This document shows positions 20,675-30,416 of a stretch of 64,000 nucleotides of DNA, piece after piece. The notes below the pieces were generated by a model, which searched no databases, had not been told where the DNA came from, and saw only the letters and a program-made list of their open reading frames with translations. A program made the position numbers and the translations under genes. The number at the start of each line of letters is the position of its first letter. Position 1 is the first letter of the stretch. The DNA comes from Candidatus Krumholzibacteriia bacterium. Its GTDB lineage: Bacteria; Krumholzibacteriota; Krumholzibacteriia; Krumholzibacteriales; Krumholzibacteriaceae. The DNA lies in contig CAWIIQ010000003.1 of NCBI GenBank assembly GCA_963836185.1, positions 160,001 to 224,000 of the forward strand. Direction: 5' to 3'.

Positions 20675-21025
20675 ATGATCCTGTATTTTCTTTCACTGGT
20701 GATGCTGGTAATGGGGCTCTACTGCCTCATCGCCAAGAAGAATATCGTAAAGAAGATCATAGGGATCGTGATCGCCGAATATTCCATCAACCTTTTCCTC
20801 GTTCTCGTGGGATACAGGCGTGGAGGTATCGCGCCCATTCTTCTGAAAGGTATGCAGCCCGAGGAGCTCGTGCAGAAGGGCGTCGATCCTCTGCCGCAGG
20901 CTCTCGTGCTCACGTCGATCGTCATCGGACTCGGAACGCTGGCCCTCATGGTGGCCCTCTGTCTGAGGATGTATGAGAAGTACAAGACGTTCGACATGTC
21001 AAAGATAAACACGCTTAAGGGATAA
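20675..21025 (+). CDS. mnhC: Mrp antiporter subunit C (MbhG-like)
   Basis: VDPLPQALVLTSIVIG. Confidence 0.92.
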   Translation: MILYFLSLVMLVMGLYCLIAKKNIVKKIIGIVIAEYSINLFLVLVGYRRGGIAPILLKGMQPEELVQKGVDPLPQALVLTSIVIGLGTLALMVALCLRMYEKYKTFDMSKINTLKG

Positions 21026-21035
21026 GAGGAGTCAA

Positions 21036-22538
21036 ATGCAGACGTATTATCCATTGTTCACGGCGATTCCGCTTGCTGCGGCGTTTCTGAACCTTCTTCT
21101 GTCGAAGATCTCGATGAAGGTGAGCGACTATATCGCGTTCCTCGTGACAGGGATTCTGGCCGTGATGTCCGTCAAGATGCTCTTCGAGGCTCCTTTCATC
21201 TATGCTGTCGGAAACTGGCGGCCGCCCTTCGGCATCCTGCTCGTCTCTGACGGGCTGAGCTCGATGATGCTGGTAGTAATCAACGTGATCGCCCTGCTCG
21301 CCGTCATCTTCTCGATGAAGTACATGTCGACCTACACGGCCAAGCCGAAATATTTCTCTCTATTCATGCTGATGATCGCCGGCATGAACGGCGTCGTCAT
21401 CACGGGCGATATGTTCAATCTCTACGTTTTCCTCGAGATCGCGTCGATCGCCTCGTACGCACTCGTCGGATTCGGCACGGGAAAGAAAGAGCTCGAAGCG
21501 TCGTTCAAGTATCTTATCCTCGGCGGCGTTGCCAGCACGGCGGTCCTCTTCGGGATCGCGTTCCTCTATTCGATGACAGGCACGCTTAACATGCCGGACC
21601 TCGCGCAGCAGCTCGAGGTGATAGGCATGACGAAGACGATCGGATTCGTGGTCGCCCTGTTCATCATGGGCTTCGGGCTGAAAGCCTCGGCCGTTCCGTT
21701 CCATGCCTGGCTGCCCGACGCTCATCCCAGCGCCCCGGCGCCGATCTCCGCGATGCTTTCGGGCGTTCTTATCAAGGCCCTCGGGATCTACACGATAATG
21801 CGCATAATGTTCAACATAGTCGGCAAGAACGAGCTGATCGGAACGATCATAATGTTCCTCGGCGCGCTGTCGATGGTGATCGGCGGCCTCCTGGCCGTGG
21901 GCCAGAAGGATTTCAAGAGGATGCTCGCCTATTCCTCGATCAGCCAGATGGGATACGTGCTGATCGCGTTAGGTCTTGCCCTGAAACCCGGCACTGAGAT
22001 CGTCGTCGCTTCACTTGCCCTTATCGGAGGGCTTTTCCATCTCGTCAACCACGCCGTTTTCAAGTCGCTTCTCTTCCTCGCCTCCGGGGCAGTAGAGTAC
22101 CGGACGGGAACACGCGACCTCGGAAAGCTCGGCGGACTGATAAAGAAGATGCCGATTACCGGCGCGGCGACCGCTATCGGCTCGCTGTCTATTGCCGGGG
22201 TTCCGCCGTTCAACGGTTTCTGGAGCAAGCTGATCATCATCCTGGCCCTCTTCCGGGGAGGATACTGGATCTATGGAACGGTCGGTGTCGTGGTAGGATT
22301 CATTACGCTGATCTATTTCGTGATGCTCCAGAAGGAAGTGCTCTTCGGGAAGCTCCCGGAATCACTGAGCAAGATCAAGGAAGCTCCGTTCGCCATGGTG
22401 CTGCCACTGGTTATTCTGGCGGCCCTCTGTGTGGCGATGGGAATCGGATACATGGCCATCGAAGGGCAGATGCTCGATTCGGCGGCGAACGCGCTGCTCG
22501 ACAAGATGGCGTACATGAACTATCTGATCGGTGGGTAG
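21036..22538 (+). CDS. mnhD: Mrp antiporter subunit D (MbhH-like)
   Basis: GNWRPPFGI, DMFNLYVFLEI, PFHAWLPDAH, KRMLAYSSISQ, PPFNGFWSK. Confidence 0.92.
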   Translation: MQTYYPLFTAIPLAAAFLNLLLSKISMKVSDYIAFLVTGILAVMSVKMLFEAPFIYAVGNWRPPFGILLVSDGLSSMMLVVINVIALLAVIFSMKYMSTYTAKPKYFSLFMLMIAGMNGVVITGDMFNLYVFLEIASIASYALVGFGTGKKELEASFKYLILGGVASTAVLFGIAFLYSMTGTLNMPDLAQQLEVIGMTKTIGFVVALFIMGFGLKASAVPFHAWLPDAHPSAPAPISAMLSGVLIKALGIYTIMRIMFNIVGKNELIGTIIMFLGALSMVIGGLLAVGQKDFKRMLAYSSISQMGYVLIALGLALKPGTEIVVASLALIGGLFHLVNHAVFKSLLFLASGAVEYRTGTRDLGKLGGLIKKMPITGAATAIGSLSIAGVPPFNGFWSKLIIILALFRGGYWIYGTVGVVVGFITLIYFVMLQKEVLFGKLPESLSKIKEAPFAMVLPLVILAALCVAMGIGYMAIEGQMLDSAANALLDKMAYMNYLIGG

Positions 22539-22556
22539 AAAAAGAAAAGGTAGAAG

Positions 22557-23042
22557 ATGAAACGCTTTGTCCACTTTCTGTTGCTGTTGGGTATCTGGAT
22601 GCTGCTGACATGGTCGCTGCACTGGCAGGACCTTCTTGTCGGGGTGATCATCGCTCTGATCGCCGACCTGATGCTTGGTGACATCTACCCTGTCAATGCG
22701 GTCAAGATCCTGAACCCGGTCCGGTTCTTCTGGTTCATCGTATACGGCATCACCTTCCTCGGGTATGTTGTCAGGGCGAATTTCGATGTTGCCTACAGGG
22801 TGCTGAACATCAATATGCCGATACGGCCGGGAATAGTGAAAGTACGGACCAGGCTCAAGACCGACCTGGCCAGGACCTTCCTCGCGAACTCGATCACGCT
22901 GACCCCGGGCACGCTCAGCGTCGACTGCGTGGATGACCATCTATATGTCCACTGGATTAATATCGTTTCGGACGATCCCGTGAAGGAAACGGAGATTATT
23001 GTTCAGCATTTTGAGAAACTGCTAGAAAGGGTATTCGAGTGA
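22557..23042 (+). CDS. mnhE: Mrp antiporter subunit E (MbhA-like)
   Basis: LANSITLTPGTL, LYVHWI. Confidence 0.92.
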   Translation: MKRFVHFLLLLGIWMLLTWSLHWQDLLVGVIIALIADLMLGDIYPVNAVKILNPVRFFWFIVYGITFLGYVVRANFDVAYRVLNINMPIRPGIVKVRTRLKTDLARTFLANSITLTPGTLSVDCVDDHLYVHWINIVSDDPVKETEIIVQHFEKLLERVFE

Positions 23043-23293
23043 TCGTATTTGTCTCATTGCTGGTCCTCTGCATCTTTCTCTGTCTGTACAGGGTAGGGAA
23101 GGGTCCGACCGCTCCGGACAGAACGGTGGCGATCGACATACTAGGAACGCTCGTAGTGGGGTTCTGCGCGATATACTCGATCATCACCAAGAAAGACCTG
23201 TACATGAACATCGGAATATCATGGGCGCTCCTGAGCTTTATCGGGACACTCGCCCTTGCCAAATATCTGGAAGGGAGGGGTTTCGATGAATGA
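23039..23293 (+). CDS. mnhF: Mrp antiporter subunit F (MbhB-like)
   Basis: GPTAPDRTVAID; overlaps the upstream stop (GTGA). Confidence 0.88.
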   Translation: MIVFVSLLVLCIFLCLYRVGKGPTAPDRTVAIDILGTLVVGFCAIYSIITKKDLYMNIGISWALLSFIGTLALAKYLEGRGFDE

Positions 23294-23630
23294 GATAATC
23301 GGATTGACACTGTTGATCATCGGCATCTCGTTCGATGTCATCGGGTGTATCGGACTCGTCCGGCTGCCCGACATCTATAACCGCCTCCAGGCGGCGACGA
23401 AGTGCGTAACGCTCGGCACGTGCATGATCCTTCTCAGCGTCGTCTTCTACACCGGACTCAACTCGATCGGTGTAAAGGCTCTGCTGTGCATCTGGTTTGT
23501 CCTGATGACATCGCCCACGGGCGCGCATGCCATCGCCAGGGCCGCCCACCGTTCGGGTATCAGGCTCTGGGAGGGCAGCATCATGGACAAGTACGCGGAC
23601 GACAGGGAAGGCGCGGAGGATATAGCCTGA
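23286..23630 (+). CDS. mnhG: Mrp antiporter subunit G (MbhC-like)
   Basis: RLPDIYNRLQAATK, TSPTGAHAIARAA. Confidence 0.9.
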   Translation: MNEIIGLTLLIIGISFDVIGCIGLVRLPDIYNRLQAATKCVTLGTCMILLSVVFYTGLNSIGVKALLCIWFVLMTSPTGAHAIARAAHRSGIRLWEGSIMDKYADDREGAEDIA

Positions 23631-23661
23631 GAAAGGCGATGGAACATCGGGGGTTTTTCAA

Positions 23662-24291
23662 GTGGCGATTCGTAAACCGAAGCTGAGAGAATTAAAAGAG
23701 GCAGTGACTGCCCTGATAATGGGGCCGTACACGTCGAAGTTCCCGAAGGTGATGCCAGTCATGCCGGAGGGCTTCAGAGGGACCCCCACGTACGTTCCCG
23801 ATGAATGTGTGGGCTGCGGGTCGTGCGGCCAGGTCTGCCCGGCCGGAGCGATCACTATCGTCGATCGAGTGAACGACGAGGGCAGGATGGTGCGCTATAT
23901 AGAGCGCAACTGGGGATCGTGCATATTCTGCAGCCAGTGCTTTGTATACTGCATAACGGGAAAGGGGATCAAGCTCGATCCCGATTTCGAGAAGTCGGCC
24001 CTTTCTCCCTCGGACGTCATCGATTCCCATGAGAAGGAGCTCCTCTTCTGCGAGAGCTGCGGCGGTGTCGTAACGGCCGAGGACCACGCGAGGTGGTGCT
24101 CGAGGCAGCTCGGCGAGCTGGCATTCGGCAACCAGACACTCAACGTACTGAAGTACAAGGATCTCGGGCTGGTAGAGGAGAACACGGGAACGAACGAGAG
24201 GAAATCTCTCGAAAGAGACAGATACATGAAGATCATGTGTCCCAACTGCCGCTCTTCCTATATCCTCTCCGACGAGTGGGGAACGAGCTGA
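23662..24291 (+). CDS. NuoI/MbhN-like 4Fe-4S subunit with extra C-terminal Cys pairs
   Basis: PYTSKFP, GFRG, CVGCGSCGQVCP, CIFCSQCFVYC, CESC...CPNC. Confidence 0.88.
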   Translation: MAIRKPKLRELKEAVTALIMGPYTSKFPKVMPVMPEGFRGTPTYVPDECVGCGSCGQVCPAGAITIVDRVNDEGRMVRYIERNWGSCIFCSQCFVYCITGKGIKLDPDFEKSALSPSDVIDSHEKELLFCESCGGVVTAEDHARWCSRQLGELAFGNQTLNVLKYKDLGLVEENTGTNERKSLERDRYMKIMCPNCRSSYILSDEWGTS

Positions 24292-24318
24292 TCGAACGGG
24301 AAAAGGATTCGTACTTTC

Positions 24319-24345
24319 AAGGCCCCATACGGGGCCTTTTTATTT
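24319..24345 (+). terminator. Intrinsic terminator ending the hydrogenase structural operon
   Basis: AAGGCCCC-ATAC-GGGGCCTTTTTATTT. Confidence 0.8.
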
Positions 24346-24365
24346 GAACCGGCCGGAGGAAAAGG

Positions 24366-24836
24366 ATGAACGGGTTCGAAAAGGAACTGCTCGAGAAACT
24401 CAAGGGAAAGAGATTCGGAGTAGTCGGTATCGGAAACGTGATAAAGGGTGATGACGGGGCGGGCTGCGTGGTCATCGAACGGCTCGGCGAGGGTTTCGCT
24501 ATGCCGACGGTAGACTGCGCCGAGGTTCCCGAAAATTACGGCGGCTGGGTGGAGAGGCGCGACCTCGAAGCGGTAGTATATATTGACGCGGTAGAGTTCG
24601 GTGGCGAGCCCGGAGAGGTGAGGATAATCCCCCTCGAGAAGATGATGGAGTCGGCTACGAGCACGCATCACCTTTCACTCCACTATATGATCAGGTTCCT
24701 CAAGGAAGAGTGGGAGGGGGAAGCGATCATGGTGGGGATCCAGCCTGTCTCGATGATGATCGGCGACGGGATCTGCGAAGAGGTGTCGGCGGGAGTCGAT
24801 CTGGTCGCCGGTGTCCTGGCGAAGGCTCTGGAATAA
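24366..24836 (+). CDS. hycI: Hydrogenase maturation endopeptidase (HycI-like)
   Basis: VVGIGNVIKGDDGAG, VPENY, IDAV, STHHLSL, GIQP. Confidence 0.9.
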   Translation: MNGFEKELLEKLKGKRFGVVGIGNVIKGDDGAGCVVIERLGEGFAMPTVDCAEVPENYGGWVERRDLEAVVYIDAVEFGGEPGEVRIIPLEKMMESATSTHHLSLHYMIRFLKEEWEGEAIMVGIQPVSMMIGDGICEEVSAGVDLVAGVLAKALE

Positions 24837-24869
24837 TCCGGAATCAATGTTTAAAGGGATAGATATGAG

Positions 24870-24897
24870 AAGGGCGGCCTGGAAGGCCGCCCTTTTT
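24870..24897. terminator. Terminator between convergent hycI and iorB
   Basis: AAGGGCGGCCT-GGA-AGGCCGCCCTTTTT. Confidence 0.75.
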
Positions 24898-24932
24898 GTC
24901 CGATTCATAAAAGGGAGAGTCCAGATCCCATA

Positions 24933-25511
24933 TCAAGTAGATCTTCCAGCCAGGAAAGCCTTCCGGTTGATCTCTCCCGTACCCTTCGGCGCCATCTTCT
25001 CGATGACTTCGAGCCACTTCTCTTCCGGCAGGTCCGTAGACTGTGACAGCACTCCGAGAAGGATCGTGTTGACCATGCGCGGATTGCCGAGCTCCTTCGC
25101 GATATCGGTCGCCTCGATCAGTTTAGCCTCCGGAGCTCGTGCCCTTATCCTGCCCATCACATCCTCGGGATAGAAAAATTTCCCCGTGGCGGTGATCGGA
25201 GGGACGAGCTTGTGATCGTTCACGATGAAGGTGCCGCCCTCCGCGAGCTGATGGATCCACCTGAGGCCCTCTGCCAGCTCGAAGGCGAGGATGATATCCG
25301 ATTCACCGGCAGGGATCAGCGGCGAATAGACCTTCTCGCCGAAGCGTATATGGCTGGATACCACTCCGCCGCGCTGCGACATCCCGTGGACCTCGCTCTT
25401 CTTGGCGTCGAGCCCCATTATCTTTGCCACCTCGCACAGGATCTCGCTGGCGAGTATGACACCCTGTCCCCCGACACCTACGATCAGTACATTCGTGATT
25501 CCATTCTTCAT
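24933..25511 (-). CDS. iorB: Indolepyruvate:ferredoxin oxidoreductase beta subunit
   Basis: GVGGQGVILAS, SEVHGMSQRGG, SPLI. Confidence 0.95.
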   Translation of the reverse strand: MKNGITNVLIVGVGGQGVILASEILCEVAKIMGLDAKKSEVHGMSQRGGVVSSHIRFGEKVYSPLIPAGESDIILAFELAEGLRWIHQLAEGGTFIVNDHKLVPPITATGKFFYPEDVMGRIRARAPEAKLIEATDIAKELGNPRMVNTILLGVLSQSTDLPEEKWLEVIEKMAPKGTGEINRKAFLAGRST

Positions 25512-25529
25512 TATTCGTGCAACTCCTCT

Positions 25530-27308
25530 CTACTGCTCGAGCGGGATGATTGCGCCCGAGGGGCAGACCTGCGCGCATATGGTGCAGCCCGTGCATGTGA
25601 TCGGGTCGATCTCTGATTTCGGCTTGCCCTTGTCGTTCTTTTCGTCGCTCGCGGCGATCGAGGGGCAACCGACGCCGAAGCACAGCCCGCAGGCAATGCA
25701 CTTCTCCAGCACTACCGTATAAGGAGCATCCTTGATCTTCGACGGGAAGAGCATGCACGGCCTGTTCGTGATGACAACGGAGCAGGCATCTCTCTCTGTC
25801 TCCTCCTTAAGGACGCTTATAGTCTCTTCGAGATCGTATGGGTCGACCTCGCGGACATGCTCCACTCCGACGGCCCTGCAGAGCGCCTTGAGGTCGACGG
25901 CGTTTGCCGGCTCGCCCATCAGGGTCTTCGAAGTCGCCGGATTGTCCTGGCCGCCGGTCATGGCGGTTATCCTGTTGTCGACGATTATGTTCGTCGTTGT
26001 CGCCTTGTTGTAGACTGCCGAAGCGAGAGCCGTTATGCCGCTGTGCAGGAAGGTGCTGTCCCCGATCAGGGAGACGACCTTGCCGTCTGTCTTGCCGACC
26101 TTCGTTATCCCGAAGGCATGGCCGATCGAGGCGCCCATGCAGAGGCAGGTATCGATCTGGCTCAGCGGAGGCAGGGCTCCGAGTGTATAGCAGCCGATGT
26201 CGCCTGTCGTGTAGAGCTTGAGTTTCTTCATTGCGACCATCATGCCCCTGTGCGGGCAGCCCGAGCACAGGACCGGAGGCCTCGGAAGCACCTCTTCCGG
26301 CTCTGCGGAGGCGGTCGATGACTTGACGGAATCATCAAGCAGCCCTGCCTCGATGAACCCGTCACGTACACGGTCGACGTTCAGTTCCATCCAGCTGGAG
26401 AAGTATTTTTTTCCCTCGACTTCTATCCCGGCGGCCTTTATCTGCTCCTCGTAGAAGGGCTCGAGTTCCTCGACTACGAAGAGGTTCTTCACCTCGGCGG
26501 CGAAGGTTGCGATCTTTTTCATCGGGAGAGGGTAGCCCATCCCGAGCTTCAGAACGCTCGCGTTCGGCATAGCCTCTTTGACATGCTGGTACGAGATGCT
26601 GCCGGTGACGATGCCGACTTCCTTGTCGTTCCACTCGATCCGGTTCAGGTCGGTCGTCTCGGCGTACTCCTTCAGGGCCTCGAGTCTGTCTATTACGACC
26701 TTGTGACGCTTTGCCGCGTGGGCAGGGACCATTACGTACTTTGTGATATTGCGCTCAAAGCCGCCATGCTCGACGGTCTCGCGTTCGCCGATCTTGACGA
26801 TCCCCTTCGAGTGCGAGATGCGGGTCGTGATGCGCAGGAGGACCGGCGTGTCGAACTGTTCGCTGATATCGAACGACGCCTTGACGAAATCCTTCGCTTC
26901 CTGGCTGTCCGAAGGCTCGAGGACCGGTATCGAGGCAAACTTCCCATAGTACCGGTTGTCCTGCTCGTTCTGCGACGAGTGAAGGCTCGGGTCGTCGGCG
27001 CTTACGAGGATCATTCCCGCGCCGACGCCGGTATAGGTCAGCGACATGAGCGGATCAGCGGCTACGTTTACACCGACATGCTTCATTACGGCAATCGATC
27101 TCGCTCCGCCGTAGCTTGCGCCGACCGCTACCTCGAGAGCGACCTTTTCATTGATCGCCCACTCGGCGTATACATCGTCCTTGAAGAATTTCGCGATCAC
27201 CTGGAGTATCTCGGTGCTCGGCGTTCCCGGGTAAGCGGAGGCGAACTCGCCGCCGTACTCGTACACGCCGCGCGCGAGAGCCTCGTTTCCGGACAGAAGC
27301 ATCTCCAT
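25530..27308 (-). CDS. iorA: Indolepyruvate:ferredoxin oxidoreductase alpha subunit
   Basis: LLSGNEALARG, YPGTPSTEI, SSQNEQD, CSGCPH, GDIGCY, GDSTFLHSG, two C-terminal 4Fe-4S motifs. Confidence 0.95.
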   Translation of the reverse strand: MEMLLSGNEALARGVYEYGGEFASAYPGTPSTEILQVIAKFFKDDVYAEWAINEKVALEVAVGASYGGARSIAVMKHVGVNVAADPLMSLTYTGVGAGMILVSADDPSLHSSQNEQDNRYYGKFASIPVLEPSDSQEAKDFVKASFDISEQFDTPVLLRITTRISHSKGIVKIGERETVEHGGFERNITKYVMVPAHAAKRHKVVIDRLEALKEYAETTDLNRIEWNDKEVGIVTGSISYQHVKEAMPNASVLKLGMGYPLPMKKIATFAAEVKNLFVVEELEPFYEEQIKAAGIEVEGKKYFSSWMELNVDRVRDGFIEAGLLDDSVKSSTASAEPEEVLPRPPVLCSGCPHRGMMVAMKKLKLYTTGDIGCYTLGALPPLSQIDTCLCMGASIGHAFGITKVGKTDGKVVSLIGDSTFLHSGITALASAVYNKATTTNIIVDNRITAMTGGQDNPATSKTLMGEPANAVDLKALCRAVGVEHVREVDPYDLEETISVLKEETERDACSVVITNRPCMLFPSKIKDAPYTVVLEKCIACGLCFGVGCPSIAASDEKNDKGKPKSEIDPITCTGCTICAQVCPSGAIIPLEQ

Positions 27309-27502
27309 ATCAGGGTTCCTCCCGCTTTTCTGAATGTATTGAAAACACTGTTGCAATAATCAGAGGTTGATTCATAGCCATAGAAACCTAACCGAAATAC
27401 CGGAAAAATTCAACCGTAAAGAAATGAAAAAAACAAAAAAATTATTTGGCTGTACCGGTCGGAATCCCTTATGATTACTAAAGTTACTGAATCAGGGGGA
27501 GA

Positions 27503-28720
27503 ATGGGTATGTCCGGGAAACCCCGATACGAGATCACAGGCGAGATTTCACGGTTCGATGAGAGGGATACCGTCTTTTCGAGAGAGGCATTCCTGCCTGG
27601 AAGCCCCGAGGAGATAGAATATCACAGCAGGCATCCCGAACTTATCGAGGTCGACTCGAAGCTTTCGAGATTCATCATATCGAAGATGGAGGGGGGTGAA
27701 GAGGTCGACCAGCTCGCCCGCTCCGTCTACGAGGCCAACTTTATCCCTCCCGCTGCTCTCGCCCTTCCCGACATGGTCGATGGTACGCCCGAACCGGGCA
27801 GAATCAGCTGGAACAGCCGTGAAGCGGCGGCCAGGATCAAGGAGTTCGGCAGGAGGCTTGGCGCTGACGACGTGCGTATCGGGCCGCTGAAGCAGGAGTG
27901 GATCTATACTCACAAGGGCTCGAGGCCCTTTTTTCGCGAGGAATATATCAACCCGCCCTACTTCAGGGGCTTTCCTGAGGATTACCAGGGAAAACTCTAT
28001 GGAGACCCGATAGAACTCGATCACCCTACAGCCATATCGCTCGCATTCAGGCAGGAGAAGGAGATGACGGCGACAGGTTCGACCCGTGCCGTGGATTTTG
28101 AGGTGGGCAGGATCTACGCCCTCTCCGCCCTTGTCTCGGTCCAGCTGGCGAGGTTCATAAGGGCCCTGGGCTGGCGCGCGAGGGCCCATCACCTGCGAAA
28201 CTACCTCGTTCTGTGCGTTCCCGTCGCAGTCGATTCCGGCATCGGCGAACTTGCACGGTGCGGATATGTCGTCAGCCGGAGCCTCGGAGCGAATTTCAGG
28301 CTGGTGACCGTTACGACGGATATGCCTCTTGACTATGACGACCCCGTCGATCTCGGAATGACGGATTTCTGCACCAAATGCGAGAAGTGCGCGACGAACT
28401 GTCCGTCGGGAGCTATTCCGAGGGGAGAGATGGTCGAGGTCAGGGGGATCCGTAAATGGAAGCTGAATCCCGAGGCCTGTCTGCTCTACTGGGGGAAGAC
28501 GGGGTACACCTGCTCGATCTGCCAGACGGTCTGCCCCTGGACCAAACCGGACAATCTCTTTCACAGGAGTATCGCGGCGACGGCGGTAAATGTGCCGTGG
28601 ATCAGGAGGGCTCTCGTAATGGGGGATGACCTCGTCTACGGGGCCAGGTTCAGGCCGGCCAGGCTGCCCGGCTGGCTCACCGCCGGGGACAGCCGTACCA
28701 CAGGGTCCAGCGATCGGTAG
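27503..28720 (+). CDS. Reductive dehalogenase-like cobalamin / 2x4Fe-4S protein, no Tat signal
   Basis: GIGELARCG...GANFRLVTVTTDMPLDYDDP, FCTKCEKCATNCPSGAI, W...C..YW....CSICQTVCPW. Confidence 0.8.
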   Translation: MGMSGKPRYEITGEISRFDERDTVFSREAFLPGSPEEIEYHSRHPELIEVDSKLSRFIISKMEGGEEVDQLARSVYEANFIPPAALALPDMVDGTPEPGRISWNSREAAARIKEFGRRLGADDVRIGPLKQEWIYTHKGSRPFFREEYINPPYFRGFPEDYQGKLYGDPIELDHPTAISLAFRQEKEMTATGSTRAVDFEVGRIYALSALVSVQLARFIRALGWRARAHHLRNYLVLCVPVAVDSGIGELARCGYVVSRSLGANFRLVTVTTDMPLDYDDPVDLGMTDFCTKCEKCATNCPSGAIPRGEMVEVRGIRKWKLNPEACLLYWGKTGYTCSICQTVCPWTKPDNLFHRSIAATAVNVPWIRRALVMGDDLVYGARFRPARLPGWLTAGDSRTTGSSDR

Positions 28721-29189
28721 AGCCGACTCCCGCCTGGATGAAAAAACAGCCGTACCCTTCCGGTCTTTCCTCCGAGGGGCGTGATCCTGCCAGCGTGCCG
28801 TCTGACAGGGCCGATCTGATCTCCGGGAAACTTTTCTCAGATCCCTTCTCAAGCCTGAAATCTATACGGTGGCGCGGCCAGCATGGGCCCTCGCTGATGA
28901 CTACAAGCCGGGGCATGCCGCAGATACTGACTCCCATCGAATCGAGAAGGGCGGCGAGCCCTGACGCGGCTGCCAGGTAGGTCTCGTCACTCGCCCGCTC
29001 GACAGACAGTATCGAGATCCTGACAGGAGACACGGGGTCGTCACATGAAGGATCGACATCGATTTCAAGGGAAAGGGTGTCAGCGGAGCATCCGCCGACC
29101 CGTTTCGACTGCGAACGTCCGTCGCCCGAGCAGGCGCCGATAAGGAGCATGCAGGTCAGAATGGAAAAGACCGGTATGATGGCTCGCAT
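28677..29189 (-). CDS. Hypothetical lipoprotein
   Basis: Lipobox-like LIGAC after a hydrophobic N-terminus; co-oriented with its neighbours. Confidence 0.5.
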   Translation of the reverse strand: MRAIIPVFSILTCMLLIGACSGDGRSQSKRVGGCSADTLSLEIDVDPSCDDPVSPVRISILSVERASDETYLAAASGLAALLDSMGVSICGMPRLVVISEGPCWPRHRIDFRLEKGSEKSFPEIRSALSDGTLAGSRPSEERPEGYGCFFIQAGVGSTDRWTLWYGCPRR

Positions 29190-29203
29190 CTTTGCCCGCT
29201 ATC

Positions 29204-29887
29204 CTAGAATTCTCCATACTTGGAAGGCGGCTTGAGCCATGCCTGAATGCCGATCCTCAGGTCGAATGACGAGAACCTCTCCTCGAGGGGTTCTCCACTG
29301 CTGTCGAAGATCGAGTCGTAGTCAGAACTCTCAAGGAACGAGGAGTCATACTTGCTCTGGTCGAAGGTCGTCAGGAAGACGCTTTCCATGAACAGAGTGA
29401 TGTTGTCCTTGATCCTCGATTCGAACTGGAGGAGGATCATTCCCTGGAGACCGTCGATCTTGCCGCCGGCCCGCGCGATGTTCGTGTAGCCATATCCCGC
29501 ACCGGCGCCAAGGTATGGCCGGAATATCTCGTTTGAGGGCCAGAGGTTCCTTTTACCGACGAGCATGAAGTTGTAATGCGTCATGTCGCCCTCGAAGCTT
29601 TCGTAGGCGTTTTCGTACTTGAAGCTCTGATAGCGGGACAAGTCGAACCAGAGTTCCAGGGCCCACTTGTGCTTGGAGAACGCCCGCCCGATCGACATGC
29701 TGAAACTCGGTCCCGCGGAAAGCTCGCATCTCCCCTGGGTTTTGAGCTCGTTATTAAGGTTCGGCATCAAAGGATAGCTTCCTCCGACTGTGGCCTTGAG
29801 GAAGACGTTGCTGTCAGCCGCAGTCGCCGGCGCCGTCAGTGCGGCAGCCAGAAGAAGCGCCGCGGCCATGCTCGTAATGAATCGCAT
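29204..29887 (-). CDS. Outer-membrane beta-barrel protein (OmpA/OmpW-like TM domain)
   Basis: Signal peptide, RPYLGAGAGY, terminal amphipathic strand DLRIGIQAWL. Confidence 0.75.
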   Translation of the reverse strand: MRFITSMAAALLLAAALTAPATAADSNVFLKATVGGSYPLMPNLNNELKTQGRCELSAGPSFSMSIGRAFSKHKWALELWFDLSRYQSFKYENAYESFEGDMTHYNFMLVGKRNLWPSNEIFRPYLGAGAGYGYTNIARAGGKIDGLQGMILLQFESRIKDNITLFMESVFLTTFDQSKYDSSFLESSDYDSIFDSSGEPLEERFSSFDLRIGIQAWLKPPSKYGEF

Positions 29888-29892
29888 TAACT

Positions 29893-30312
29893 TTACCCCC
29901 TGTCCTGGTCGGGTTCGGATATGTCCAGCCCCGGGGCTCCTTCCGCGCCGGGAAGGTGGCTTTCAATCCAGTTTCTAAGTTCCGTTATGTTTATAAGCCC
30001 GGTCGTCCTGTCAACGGTTCCACCGGGGGTGAACACCGCAAGTACCGGCACTCCTCTGATCTCGAGAGCTGTTACGGCGTGGGGGCTCTTTGTGGCGTCC
30101 ATCTTGTAGAAGAGCGCTCTGCCGATATAATCCGGCCCGACCTCGTTGATCAGCCCGTGCATCACCTGGCACCCGGAGCACCAGTTGTTGAAGAAGAAGA
30201 CGAACACCGGCATGCCGGGCTCCCTGACGGTCTCGTCGAACATCTCGTCAGGCAGGGCCACAGGCTCACCGGGTTTTGTCTCTATCCCTAACAGTCTCTT
30301 GAAGAATCCCAC
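29893..30312 (-). CDS. Thioredoxin family protein (WCSGC)
   Basis: FFNNWCSGCQVM and cis-Pro motif RGVP; GTG start after GGAG. Confidence 0.8.
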   Translation of the reverse strand: MGFFKRLLGIETKPGEPVALPDEMFDETVREPGMPVFVFFFNNWCSGCQVMHGLINEVGPDYIGRALFYKMDATKSPHAVTALEIRGVPVLAVFTPGGTVDRTTGLINITELRNWIESHLPGAEGAPGLDISEPDQDRG

Positions 30313-30416
30313 GTCGGCTCCATGTAAAAGACTTCCATCAAGAATCATTAGGCGAATATACGCCCGGGAAACTATAATATACAGGAATGCCCCGGATTTA
30401 ACAAGGCGGTGAAACG

